A stretch of 64,000 nt of DNA from contig NC_086108.1 of NCBI RefSeq assembly GCF_963921235.1, positions 89,964,001 through 90,028,000 of the forward strand, in the 5' to 3' direction. Positions 51,232 through 64,000 of the stretch are shown here, piece by piece. This stretch comes from Mobula hypostoma. Its lineage: Eukaryota. The translations under genes were made by a program, and so were the position numbers. The stretch's first letter is position 1. Each line of letters begins with the position of its first letter. A model generated the notes under the pieces. That model saw only the letters and a program-made list of their open reading frames with translations. It had not been told where the DNA came from and did not search any database.

Positions 51232-51685
51232 ACAAGGAAAGCAGAGTCCATCATCGTGGACCCCCCCCCCCCGCACTCCCCACCATCCAGGCTTTTCTCT
51301 TTTCAGTGCTGCCGTCAGGAAGGAGGTACAGGAGCATCAAGTCCCACAATACAAGGTTCAGGAATAGTTATTACCCTTCAACCAGAACTAGAGGGGATAT
51401 GACTTCTCTAACTCCATCATTAAACTGATTCCGCAATCAATGGACTCACTTTTAAGGGCTGAACAAATCATATTCTTGACTAGTTATTGTTTATTTATTG
51501 ATTATCACTAATTTTTGTATTTGTACAGTTTGTTGTCTTTTGCACATTGATTGTTCTTTGTTGGGTGTGGTTTTTCATTCTATTGTGTTTCTTTGTTTAC
51601 TGCAAATGCCCACAGGAAAATGAATCATAGGGTTGTATCTGGTGACATATATATACTTCAGTAATAAATTTACTTTGAACTTTGG
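51232..51685 (+). mobile_element. Rex1/Babar LINE 3' end
   Basis: RKAESIIVD...LPSGRRYR; CTTTGAACTTT tail. Confidence 0.75.
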
Positions 51686-52634
51686 AGACTCCTGACCTTT
51701 GACAGCAGTTCGAAGGTGCAATGCAGCCCAGCTACCACACCCCTGCTTTTTCCCACCCCGTACTTCTCCCCACCCCCAGCTTAACCAGCTGCCACACTAC
51801 TACTGCTGGCTTAATATCTGTTTTCTGCCATTGTGCTCTATGCAGAGAATATCTGGCTTGTTTTGTTGAACTGAACCAGATGCATTGGTAAATTCAGCTA
51901 GAGAGTTTGTGTGTGTGTGTGTTGGGAAGGAAGATAAGGCGTATCAATCTACCCGGGTTTGAGTGGGTGAGCAGAGGAGAGGGAAATCAGCTGTGATGTT
52001 TCCAGGCCACAAGGAAATGTCAATTATCCTATGCAACTGATGTCATACTTTGATTTTGGCTCATTTTACTGTTATTGACAAAAAAATAAATGAGCCATTT
52101 AACAATTTTCATTTTAAATTAATTTAATTGCAGCACCTTGTTAGTGAAATTAGTAAGTAGCTCTGAGAATCAAATCAGAAAATCAAAAATAAATACATGC
52201 ACAACGTCTGAGTGAAAGATTTTTGCACAGTGATTCACAAGTAAGGTTTACAAAAACCTGCTCACATTAAGTGTTCTTCGTGAGTAATTGAGCTTTGACT
52301 GAATAGATCTATTTTCAGCTTTAATATACATCTGAAAATGAACCAGCTGAACAAATCATCAGGATCAAACCTCCAACTATAATTGCAAACTCGCAGAAAA
52401 GGTGTATTGATCGACTCTGTTCACTGAACTACTATACATAAGCTATATAGGAGAGCTCTATGATTTTAATCATCATGTTAAGCAAACCATTGAGTACATG
52501 TTCCATTTCTGCTTATATTACCCTATCTGAAGATCGTCTACTTATCTTATTTTCTAATATTTTATAACAGGTAGATCAATATTTGTAGCCAAAAGGGTAA
52601 AATCACGTGAAGTAGTGTTGACATACTTTCACAC

Positions 52635-52892
52635 ACCACAATGCTTTACAGTACAGGCAACCCGAGTTCAATTCCCGTTGCTGCCTGTAAGGGACTTGTA
52701 TGTTCTCCGCAAGACCACAAGGATTTCCTTTGGGTCCTCTGGTTCCCTCCCACAGTCCAAAAACATACATGGTTGGTTAATTGGTCATTGTAAATTGTCC
52801 TGTGATTAGGCATGGATTAAACTGGGGGTTGCTGGACGGTACTGCTCGAAGGGCCGGAAGAGCATATTGTGCTGTATCTCAATAAATAAATA
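52635..52892 (+). mobile_element. V-SINE/HE1-like SINE
   Basis: B box GAGTTCAATTCC, V domain, (AAAT)n tail. Confidence 0.75.
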
Positions 52893-54059
52893 AAACAAAA
52901 ACATTTTTTTATTTGTAGATTCTGTTTGATTCTCTGGAGATTGTATTATATTTTGTGGTATATTCGATCATTCATCATTTAATACCACTCAGGCAAAGTA
53001 CCATTTACTCGAAACCGAATAGTGGCTGTTTAGGCATGGTAATGGAATGATTGTTTTGAAGGCCCATTGCAGAAGATTCAGTAGTGCGTCAAGTCCAAAG
53101 CAAAACACATTTGGAAGAATAACAGGCAAGCACTGAGCTGTCACAAGGCTTCCCTCCATATACGTTGCCATTGCCGACTACACTTCCACTGGAATGCAGC
53201 TTCTACTAACTCCTCGTTCGCTGTTAAGTGGAAAAATCAGCAAGCTGTTGCTGGGGTCACCCTGCTCTTCTAATATTTCTCAAACCAGTGTATTGTCAGG
53301 AAGCTCAACTCCAAAGCAAACAAACAGAAGTATATTCACTTGGATGGTTATCATCATTTAGAATTCTCTATCCCAGTGGGGAGAAAGAGAACCATGGGAA
53401 TGGACACTGAGGTTGTGATGTAGAGAAGCTGAAGCATTGATGAAGAGGCCATTTGGCCATCTCTATTCCTATCTTTTGTAAGTTTATTATGTAAATCATA
53501 TGTGGAATACATAGGGAAGAACAACACAGGATGGATCAGTGGGGCTGAATGCTTACTCTCTGTGCTATAATATCTGCAGCACATTGCTGGAGGAGTTAAA
53601 CTGATATTGGGTTATAAGTTTAATGTTGATGTGTGCAGAAAGATTATTATCCAATATATTATCCTTTAGCAAACCTCACAAAGTCCAAAGTGGGCACAAA
53701 GTATTAAAGGAAGTATATATTGTATTTCTCAGGAACAACATCCTTAATTCAGATGACAACGAATGCACCAAAAAGATGTAAATTAATAAGAAAGAGAAAT
53801 AGTGCCAAGCAGGAAAGAAAAATGGGGAACAGATGGATCATAAAATACATTGGTTATAATGAAAATGCAAGAAACTGTAAAATAAATCATATGTTTTACT
53901 GCATCTGACATTATTATGACATTGGAGCAAACTGAGGAGATTGACTGGACATCATGGAAACTGCAGCAGTTAGGACCAGTTATGTTTCATTAGAATTTAA
54001 AACCAATCTGATACAATGACAGATAGACTGTTTTATAAAAAAAAAAGCAGCCATATATT

Positions 54060-54495
54060 AGAGTCATAAATACATACTTCACACTAAGAGGCCCTTTGGC
54101 CCATCTAGTCCATGCTGAAAACACTTAAATCGCTTGCTCCCATCAACCTGCACTAGGACCATAGCCCTCCGTACACCTACCATCCATGCACCTATCCAAA
54201 CTTCTTATAAACTTTGAAATTGAGCTTGTATACACCACATGTGCTGTCACCTCAGTCAAGCTTGTATGCACCACATGTTCTACATCCTCAAGACCCTCTG
54301 AGTGAAGAAGTTTCCCCACATTTCCCTTGAACTTTTCACCTTTCACCCTTTACCCATGACCTCTGGTTGTAGTCCTGCTCAGCCACAGTGGAAAAAGGAT
54401 GCTTGCAGTTACCCTGTCTATACGCCTCATAAATTTGGATACTTCTATCAGATCTCCTCTCAGTCTTCTATGTCCTAAAGAATAAAGTCCTAATT
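54060..54495 (-). mobile_element. CR1 LINE 3' end
   Basis: GGCCCTTTGGCCCATCTAGTCCATGC 3' UTR motif; DLIEVSKFMR. Confidence 0.75.
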
Positions 54496-55896
54496 CTACA
54501 CACTGCTAGCCATCACAGGGACAAATGTTGCACTTTTCTTGTGATAGTTTGCACAATTGTCCAGATGTTACTATTTCCTAGGAGTGTAAAGTGTAATGAT
54601 GGTCATTTGAAGAGATTTTTACCTGCTTTGGCCAAATGAGCTAAACTTCAGTAAACCTGGTCCATTCTGTGGCCTCCAGCTTCTGCAGGTCATGCACCAC
54701 TTAATGTTATTTTTTCAAGCAGGAGGTTTAAGTATGTTACTGTGCATTACAAAATTGTCGTTAGTAACACACAAGAGTCTGTCAGCAAGAGGGTATCATT
54801 GCTGAAATCATTCTGTATCTGGGTTGTAAGATGATCCAGAAGCCCTAATTTCTGGATCCTGAGATAACTCAGTATATGTGGAGGGCATATTGACATTTAT
54901 AGATCAGTCCTTTCCTCATTTACCTGGGCTGATTCCATGTGCCCACTTATTCTCTCTCTCTCACTTTGTCCCAACTTATCTCACACGGCAGCTTGATGCA
55001 AGGAAGAATTTGCTTTTTTTTGATAATTGATGGCATATTTATTTTGGGTAAAATAATGCATTTCACCATTTTCACTTATATATATTCATTATTTCATTGA
55101 GCATGTCAAGTCCTTTCAGGATATAAGTCTCTGGAGGGTAATGATGCAGATATATTGGATTTATTAGAGAGCTATATAGTTTTCTCTAATATTCCTCTTC
55201 CAGGCTATGGCTGCACGTACACAATGGGATCCCTGGAGATCTGGAGAGACGGGCAATCAGCTTCCAAACCGCATTTTCTTATCAACTCTTTCAGTGCCAA
55301 AGTTTACAGCTTGGATCATTTTTGAACAGGATTTGCTTAGTCATTAAGGCAAAGCTTTGCTGTTGGGGACAAATTACCTGGTTTTTGTACGGGCGGAAAT
55401 TAGCTGTGTAATGCTGTTTCACTCTTTGATGTCATTTGGGGAGAATTAAAAGCTTCAAGTATCAGGACCACTGGGAAAACAATTTTTGTAGATGAAAGAT
55501 GGTAAATTTTATTAAACATCCCTTACAGGAAGATCACTGGTAAACTGCCAGCTTTCTGAGACATCCTTCTGTTCCCTATAGACCATGACTCCCCTACTGA
55601 AAACCATGATATCACTTACTGGACTGTCACTTATTTCACTGTCACCAGAGACCTTTTCTCCACAGTTTATAGCCTCATTCAACGTAACTCAGGCCCTTGC
55701 CTCATCCTTTATTCCAGTACCAATAACTCTAACCTCAGCTGCAATGGAAAATCTCATCACTTTCAATCTTTCCTTCATCTTTACACAGTTCATCTCCAAA
55801 TCTCGCTTTCCTTAGCTTTGATAGGAGCCCGATGCCCTCATGGTAGATCCGAGTTTCCAGTCTTTCATGACAGATTGTGATGTATTTCCGAGGACG

Positions 55897-56140
55897 TGTG
55901 TTATGGTAGTGTAGTATTTGGCATAATGCTATAGCAGTGCCAGCGACCCGGGGTCATTTCCCGCTGCTGTCTGTAGGAATTTTCTCCCCAGGACTGCATG
56001 GGTTTCCTCCAGGCGCCTCGGTTTCCTCCCACATTCCAAAGATGTACGAGTTAGTAGGTTAATGTGTTAAAGCGGTATTTGCACGTTGTGGCTTCATTGG
56101 GCCAGAAGGACCTGTTGCTGTGCTGTATCTCTAAATAAGT
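55897..56140 (+). mobile_element. V-SINE/HE1-like SINE
   Basis: GGGTTTCCTCCAGGCGCCTCGGTTTCCTCCCACATTCCAAAGA. Confidence 0.75.
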
Positions 56141-56282
56141 AAAAACAAGATACCATACAGGAGATGGTTGATTTGATGATCAGATTCCTTGAAATGTATA
56201 TACTGTACTGTATATACTGGGTGATCACAAGGAGTCACATAAACTTCAACTGTGTCATCTTGAGTTAGTGGGAAATCTGTAA

Positions 56283-57010
56283 TTGCTTTACTCTCTTTAC
56301 ACCCATGACTGTGTGGGTAGGCACAGCTCAACTGCCATCTATAAATCTGCTGATATTGTTGGCAGAATTTCAGATGATGACGAGAAGGCGTACAGGAGTG
56401 AGATGTATCAGCTGGTTGAATGGAATCATAGTAAAAACCTTGCACTCAAAGTCAGTAAGGCCAAAGAACTGATTGTGGGCTTCAGAAAGGGTAAGACAAG
56501 GAACACACCAGTCCTCTTAGCAGGATCAGAAGTGAAGAGATTGAGCAATTTCAAGCTCCTGGGTGTCAAGATCTCTGAGGATATAACCTGGACCGAAAAG
56601 CACAACATCGGCTATATTTCATTAGAAGTTTGAGGAGATTTGGTATGTCACCTAAAACACTTGAAAATTTCTACAGATGTACCATTCTAACTGGCTGCAT
56701 CACAGTCCGGTATGAGGAGGAAGGGAATACTGCACAGGATCGAAGTAAGCTGCAGAGAGTTGTAGACAGTCAGCTCCATCACGGGCACTAGCCTCTGTCG
56801 TATCCAGGACATCTTCAAGGAACTTTGCCTCAAAAAAGTGGCGTCCACCATTAAGGACCCCCTTCACATAGGTCACGTCTTGTTCACATTGCTACCATCA
56901 GGAAGGAGGGACAGCCTGAAATCACACTCAAAGATTAATTCAAGTTTTATTTTTCTATTATTACGTATTGCATTGTACTGTTGCTGCCAAGTCAACAAAT
57001 TTCACAACAC
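56283..57010 (+). mobile_element. Rex1/Babar LINE 3' fragment
   Basis: LYSLYTHDCV...AYRSE..LVEW...KAKELIVGFRKG. Confidence 0.85.
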
Positions 57011-58587
57011 TGTGACGTTGTGGCCATTACAGAGACCTGGATGTCTCAGGAGCAGGAATGGCTGCTTGAGTATGCCAGGCTTTGGATGTTTCAAAAAGAA
57101 CAGAGAGAGAGGAAAATGAGGTGGGGACGTGGCATTGCTAATTAGGGATAGTATCACGGCTGCAGAAAAGGAGGAAGTCATGGGGGGGATGGTCTACTGA
57201 GTCAGTGTGGGTGGAAGTCAGAAACAGGTAAGGAGCATTAACTCTACTGGGTGTACTTCATAGACCACCCCCGCCCCCCAGGGATATCGAGGAGCAGATA
57301 GGGAGGCCGATTCTGGAATGGTGCAATAATAACAGGGCTGCTATGATGAGAGATTTTAACTTTCCTAATACTTATTGGCATCTCCTTAGCGCAAGGGGTT
57401 TAAATGAGGTGGAGTTTGTTAGGTGTCTTCAGGAAGGTTTCCTGAAACACTATGCAGATAAGCCAACTCGAGGAGAGGCTGTATTTGATCTGGTATTGGG
57501 AATTGAACTTGGTCAGTTGTCAGATCTCTCAGTGGGAGAGCATTTTGGAGGTAGTGACCACAACTCTGTCTCCTTCACCATAGCGCTGGAGAGAGATAGA
57601 AGCAGACAATTTGGGAAAACATTTAATTGGGGTGGGGGAAATATGATGCTAATAGGCAAGAACTTGGGAGAATAAATTGGGAGCAGATGTTCTCAGGTAA
57701 ACGCATGGCAGAAATGTGGCAAATGTTCAGGTAACATTTGCATGGAGGTCTGCATAGATACGTTCCATTGAGGCAGGGAAAAGATGGTAGAGTTAAAGAA
57801 CCACGGTGTACAGAGTATGTAGAAAATCTAGTTAAGAAAAAAAGAAAAGCTTACAAAAAGTTCAAAAAACTAGGTACTGTTAGAGCTCTAGAAAATTACA
57901 AAGTTGTTAGGAAAGAACTTGAGAATGGAATTAAGAGCGCTAGAAGGGGCCATGAGAAGACCTTGGTGAGCAGAATTAAGGAAAACCCCAAGGCATTCTA
58001 CAAGTATGTGAAGAGTAAGAGGCTGAGCCATGTGAGAATAGCACCAATCAAGTGCAATAGTGGAAATATGTGCATGGAGTTGGAGGAGGTAGCTGAGCTA
58101 CTCAATGTAACAAAACACATTGATAAAGGTAGAGCAGTGGTTGTGGTGTCTATGGATTTCAGTCAGACATTTGATAAGTCTCTCCATGCAAGGCTCCTTC
58201 AGAAAGTAAGGAGGCATGGGATCCAAGGAGACCTTGCTTTGTGGATCCAGAATTGACTTGCCCAAAGAAGGCAAGGGGTGGTTGCAGATGGTTTGTATTC
58301 TGCATGGAGGTCGGTGACCAGTGGTGTTCTGCAGGGATCTGTTCTGGCCCCTCCTGGTTGTGATTTTTATAAACGACCTGGATGAAAAAGTAAAAGGGTG
58401 GGTTAGTAAGTTTGCTGCTGACACAAAGGTTGGGGGTGTTGTGGATAGTCTGGAGGGTTGTCAAAGGTTACAGCGGGACATCAATAGGATGCAGAACTGG
58501 GCTAAGAAGTGGCAGAAGGACTTCAACCTAGATAAGTGTGAGGTGGTTCATTTTTGTAGGTTCAATTTAAAGGCAGAATATAATATG

Positions 58588-60187
58588 CAGTTGAAGTCAG
58601 AAGTTTACGTACACCTTAGCCAAATACATTTAAACTCAGTTTTTCACAATTCCTGACATTTAATCTTAGAAAACATTTCGTGTGTTAGGTCCGTTAGGAT
58701 CACTACTTTATTTTAAGAATATCAAATGTCAGAATAATAGTAGAGAGAATGATTTATTTCAGCTTTTATTTCTTTCATCACTTTCCCAGTGGGTCAGAAG
58801 TTTACATACACCTTGTTAGTATTTGGTAGCATTCCATTTAAATTGTTGAACTTGGGTGAAATGTTTTGAGTAGACTTCCACAAGCTTCTCACAGTAAGAA
58901 TTTTGTTCCATTCTTCCAGACAGAAACTGACGTAACTGAGTCAGGTTTGTAGGCCTCCTTGCTCACACACACTTTTTCAGTTCTGCCCACAAATTTTCTA
59001 TCAGAAAATGATGTCAAGTCTGGTTCATCCTTGGGAGCAATTTCCAAACACCTGAAGGCACCACGTTCATCTGTACAAACAATAGTACGCAAGTATAAAC
59101 ACAATGGGACCACGCAGCCATCATACTGCTCAGGAAGAAGACGCATTCTGTCTCCTAGAGATGAACATACTTTGGCGCAAAAAGTGCAAATCAATCCCAG
59201 AACAACAGCAAAGGATCTTGTGAAGATGCTGGAGGGAACAGGTAGACATGTATCTATATCCACAGAAAAACGAGTCCTATATTGACATAACCTGAAAGGC
59301 TGCCCATCAAGGAAGAAGCCACTGCTCCAAAACCACCACAAAAAAAAGCCAGACTACAGTTTGCAAGTGCACATTGGGACAAAGATCTTACTTTTTGGAG
59401 AAACGTCCTCTGGTCTGATGAAACAAAAATTGACCTTCATTATATTTGGAGGGAAAAGGATGAGGCTTGCAAGCCAAAGAACACCATCCCAACCATGAAG
59501 CATGGAGGTGGCAGCATCATGTTGTGGGAGTGCTTTGCTGCAGGAGGGACTGGTGGACTTCACAAAATAGATGGCATCATGAGGAAGGAAAATTATGTGG
59601 ATATATTGAAGCAGAATCTCAAGATATCAGCCAGGAAGTTAAAGCTTGGTTGCAAATGGGTCTTACAAATGGAGAATGACTCCAAGCATACCTCAAGTTG
59701 TGACAAAATTGCTCAAGGACAACAAAGTCATAGTATTGGAGTGGCCATCACAAAGCCCTGACCGCAATCCGAAAGAATTGTGGGCAGAACTGAAAAAGGG
59801 TGTGCGAGCAAGGAGACCTACAAACCTGACTCAGTTACACCAGTTCTGTCTGGAGGAATGGAACAAAATTCCAGCAACTTACTGTGAGAAGCTTATGGAA
59901 GGCTACTCAAAACGTTTCACCTAAGTTAAACAATTTAAAGGCAATGCTACCAAATGCTAACAAAGTGTATGTAAACTTCTGACCGACTGGAAAAGTGATG
60001 AAAGAAATAAAAGCTGAAATAAATCATTCTCTCTACTATTCTGACATTTCACATTCTTAAAATAAAGTAGTGATCCTAACTGACCTAAGACAGGGAATGT
60101 TTTCTAGGATTAAATGTCAGGAATTATGAAAAAAACTGAGTTTAAATGTATTTGGCTAAGGTGTATGTAAACTTCTGACTTCAACTG
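58588..60187 (+). mobile_element. Sleeping Beauty/Tdr1-type IR/DR Tc1 transposon (defective)
   Basis: Termini CAGTTGAAGTCAGAAGTTTAC / GTAAACTTCTGACTTCAACTG; inner DRs at ~58790 and ~59965; TA on the right, TG (decayed TA) on the left. Confidence 0.95.
59015..59960 (+). pseudogene. Tc1 (DD34E family) transposase pseudogene lacking its N-terminus
   Basis: KSGSSLGAISK..PRSSVQTIVRKYK, GRRR, RKKPLLQN, VLWSDETK, KHGGGSIMLW, WPSQSPD, KGNATK; stop at 59283 and frameshifts. Confidence 0.93.
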
Positions 60188-62199
60188 TAAATGGTAAGAC
60201 TCTTGACAGTGTGGAGGATCTGAGAGATCTTGGGGTCTGTGTCGATAGGACACTCAAAGCTGCCTCACAGGTTGACAGTATTGTTAGAAGGCGTATGGTG
60301 TGTTGGCATTCATCAACTGTGAGACTGAGTTCAAGAGCCATGAGGTAATGTTATAGTTATATAAGACCTTGGTCAGACCCCAGTTGGAATACTGTGTTCA
60401 GTTCCGGTCACCTCATTACAGGAAGTATGTGGATACTGTAGAGAGAGTACAGAGGAGATTTACAAGGATGTTGCCTGGATTGGCGAGCGTAACTTATGAG
60501 AATAGGTTGCGTGTACTTGGCTTTTTCTCCTTGGAGCGATAGAGGATGAGAGGTGACCTAATAGAGGTGTATAAGATGATGGGAGGCATTGATCATGTGA
60601 ATAACCGAAGGCTTTTTCCCGGGGCTGAAATGGCTAACATGAGGGGTCATAGTTTTAAGGTGCTTTGATATGGGTACCAAGGGGATGTCAGAGGTAAGTT
60701 TTTCACACAGAGTGATGCACTGCCGGCAGCAGTGGTCATAGCGGGTACAATAGAGTCTTTTAAGAGCCTCTTCGATAGGTACATGGAGCTTCGGAAAACA
60801 GAGGGATATGCGCAAGGAAAATACTCGGCAGTCTCTGGAGTAGGTTACATGGTCAGCACAACATTGTGGGCTGAATGGCCTGCAACGTGCTCTAAATTTC
60901 TATGTTCTATATTCTTGTTCTAACATAAGCCGGTGATATTAAACCTGATTCTGATTCTGAAAAATTGGAGCCTGTCTTCTTGGTAATTTCTTTCTATAAG
61001 AAGCAGCAATGAAAAGAATACCCTCATCCCAGCATACATGGCGTTTCTGAATGAGCCACATACAGTAGTTGAGAAACTGGCAGGTGCAATGGCCTGGAAT
61101 GAGCCTTTTGCATGGAAGCTTAACCTTAGTCATCCTAATAGTGACAGCAAGAGTTTCCCTGGTGCTTGATGTAAGTCAGGCTGTCGCATGCAATAAAGAA
61201 ATAGCAGCGAAGAGGTTTCTAAAGAGAAGACTCTTCTGCCATGCATAGCTGGAAATGGCATTATCGAGGTATGGGTCCTGGCACACTGCTGGGTGCACAT
61301 ATATTCACCGAGATATTTCTACATCAGCAAATAAATCAGCATTGTGAAAGCCTTCCTTATTACATTCAGACAATGGCATGGGAGCTGCCATCGCCTAACC
61401 CTTCCTCGTAATACTCCTAAGTGCCACTTGGATTGCTAAAAATATAAAGTTAGTGGAACACTGCCTGCTTTACAAAGCTAAACTTTAAAAAGCAACTAGG
61501 AAACGGCAGGCTGCTTTGAAACATCGCATGAATCTCCCAGTTTTTCCACATGTGAGACTATTACTGTGAGTAGGGGCTCGCTGAGAATAATCATCACAGG
61601 ATCTGGTTTCCCACATTTGCTTATGTTAATGATGACATTGATAGTGTAGCTGTAAAAGCTCAAACCAAAGATTGTAAAACGTAAATGTGTTATAAATTGG
61701 GCACAATAAGCTGGGTTCCAGATCTTATTATCTGCATTCATTGGCATTATGATGCCAGGAACATTGAAAAACTTTTTAATATTCTGCAATATTTTGACAG
61801 ATTTTTCAATACCTTATTTGATAGCTTACAAAGCTTCAAGGTATGGAATTCACCAACACTCCTTGCTTGCAGTTCAAGGAGCATGCTAACTGAACGTTGC
61901 TTGTTGTTTTAATGACATTTGCATGCAGCCAGAGCTAACTGCACCATTATTTGGTGGCATGCAACTGTAGGGCCCCTAGTATCATGACCCGCAAGCTGTT
62001 GTTAAGAAACTACTCACTCAATTAATTTTTTTAATATATACTTCACATTTTATTATTTTTGTACTACACGATACTGCTGCCACAAAACAACAAATTTCAC
62101 GATAAATGCCAGTAATACTGAACCTGATTCTGATTCTGAGCTTCTTTCCCTCTGCCATCAGATTTCTGACCAGTCCATGAACACCACCTCAACTTTTTT

Positions 62200-62292
62200 G
62201 CAACATGCGTGAAGTGCTGGAAGAATTCAACAGGTCAGGCAGCATTTATAAAAATTAATAAACTGTTGATGTTTTGGGCTGAGACCCTTCTG
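62200..62292 (-). mobile_element. PLE terminal fragment (partial HHR)
   Basis: GTGCTGGAAGAATTCAACAGGTCAGGCAGCAT...GTTTTGGGCTGAGACCCTTC. Confidence 0.65.
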
Positions 62293-62464
62293 GTTGTGCA
62301 GAATTTCTTGTGTCAATATTTTTACTCCCGTTTTACATTACTATATATTATATAATGTATATAGTTCTTATTGTAATTTATAGTATATTTATTGTACTGC
62401 TGCTGCAAAACAACAAATTTCAGTCAGTGATAATAATAATAAAGCTGATTACAGAGCTGCACAA

Positions 62465-63375
62465 GAAACATAGAAAACCTACAGCACAATACAAGCCCTT
62501 TGGCCTACAAAGCTGTGCCGAACATGTCCCTACCTTAGAACTTTCTAGGCTTTACCCATAGCCCTCTATTTTTTCTAAGCTCCATGTAGCCATCCAGGAG
62601 CCTCTTAAAAGACCCCATCGTTTCTGCCTCCACCACCGCCGCTGGTAGCCCATTCCATGCACTCCCCACTCTCTGCATAAAAAAAACTTACCCCTGTCAT
62701 CTCCTCTGTACCTGTTTCCGAGCACTTTAAAACTATGCCCTCTCATGCTAGCCATTACAGCCCTGGGGAAAAGCCTCTGACTATCCACACGATTAATGCC
62801 TCTCATTATCTTGTACACCTCTATCAGGTCACCTCTCATCCTCTGTCGCTCCAAGGAGAAAAAGCAGAGTTCACTCAACCTATTCTCATAAGGCATGCTC
62901 CCCAATCCAGGCAACATCCTTGTAAGTCTCCTCTGCACCCTTTCTATGGTTTCCACGTCCTTTCTGTAGTGAGGCAACCAGCATTGAGCACAGTACTCCA
63001 AGTGGGGTCTGACCTGGGTCCTATATTGCTGCAACATTACCTCTTGGCTCTTAAACTCAATCCCACAGTCGATGAAGAATGCACCATATGCCTTCTTAAC
63101 CACAGAGTCAACCTGCGTAGTAGCTTTGATTGTCCTATTGACTGGACTCCAAGATCCCTCTGATCCTCCACACTGTCAAGAGTCTTACCATTAGCGCTAT
63201 ATTCTGCCATCATATTTGACCTACCAAAATGAACCACCTCACACTTATCTGGGTTGAACTCCATCTGCCACTTCTCAGCTCAGTTTTGCATCCTATCGAT
63301 ATCCCGCTGTAACCTCTGACAGCCCTCCACACTATCCACAACCTCTGTGTCATCAGCAAATTTACTAACCCTTCA
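62465..63375 (-). mobile_element. CR1 LINE 3' fragment
   Basis: KFADDT, MEFNPDKCEVVHFG, RPHLEYCAQ, GDLIEVYKIMRG. Confidence 0.9.
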
Positions 63376-63479
63376 TTGAAGAACAAAACCTTCAGCCTAC
63401 GTGTTGTGCTAAACATGATGAAGAATGAAACTAGATCACACTCTGCCTATCCATAATCTATACCTCTCTATTCCTTGCA

Positions 63480-64000
63480 TGCTCATGGGTCAATAGACAC
63501 CATCCATTCTTCTCTTTACAACATATGCTAAAAATCAATGCTATATGCAGTATGCTTGGACATAATTGAGACCCATGGTTTATGGTCTGTCTCCAATTCA
63601 AAAGCTTGTCCATAGATGTACTAACATGCATATGTGCTGGCAAGAAGCTCTTTATCTGTGAATCTTCTGCACTTGTGAAATCCTTTGATGCCATGTGTCA
63701 TCTTACTGCTGTAATAGTACTCTCCAAGGCCATGCCGGGATGCATCAGCCGAGATTCTAGTACTCCCTTCCGAATGATAAAACTTCAGCATGGGCTCTTT
63801 AGTTTTGACTCTTTTCAGTGTCTGAAAACACTCTTCTTGCTCATGAGACCATATCCACTCATTTTGCTCTTGAAGGAGTGACCCAAGTGGTGTTGACACA
63901 GTTGACAGTCAAGGGAAGAACTTAGTCTGGTAAGTCACCATCCCTAAGAAACACTCACCTCCTCTTTGTTTTGGGGTATCTCCGTGTATTCAATAGCCGA
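63480..64000 (-). mobile_element. Ty3/Gypsy pol fragment (RT connection + RNase H)
   Basis: FLGMVTY, PLGSLLQEQNEWIWSHEQEECF, EPMLKFY, ISADASRHGLG, KELLA, TDHKP-like; runs off the window end. Confidence 0.85.

Larger units (their letters stand above)
57030..60915 (+). mobile_element. CR1 LINE ORF2 (APE + RT, internally deleted) split by Tc1
   Basis: ESVWVEV, RDFNFPN, GSDHN, IKENPKAFY, INDLDE, KFAADTKVGG; resumes at 60188 (NGKTL). Confidence 0.9.

Noticed and set aside
53161..53190. YVAIADYTSTG, resembling the start of an SH3 domain
   Set aside because: There is an in-frame stop just upstream, no convincing splice sites and no further SH3 motifs.

Overview
This is a eukaryotic, repeat-dense window with no recognisable host protein-coding exon, rRNA, tRNA gene or CRISPR array. 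The mix of HE1/V-SINE-type SINEs and CR1 LINEs suggests a cartilaginous fish (inference). Most of the window is decayed transposable elements: CR1 and Rex1/Babar LINE fragments, Penelope-like elements (PLEs), an RTE-BovB-like LINE, Tc1/mariner elements, two solo LTRs and a Gypsy pol fragment. Five structures stand out. (1) A Neptune-type PLE at 32338-34238 has an inverted terminal segment, a 15-bp target-site duplication (TSD) and an intact minimal hammerhead-ribozyme (HHR) motif; at least 8 more decayed HHR-bearing PLE termini are scattered across the window. (2) A 1.6-kb Sleeping-Beauty-like Tc1 element at 58588-60187 has a left arm that is an inverted copy of its right ~410 bp, including transposase C-terminal codons. 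(3) A BovB-like LINE is split by nested CR1s and by a solo LTR that carries a 34-bp minisatellite with higher-order periodicity. (4) A ~1-kb tail-to-tail CR1 inverted pair lacks both 3' ends. (5) Two Tc1-derived families end in a mini-hairpin made of two terminal inverted repeats (TIRs). Family assignments come from recalled motifs, not database searches, and boundaries without a TSD are approximate.
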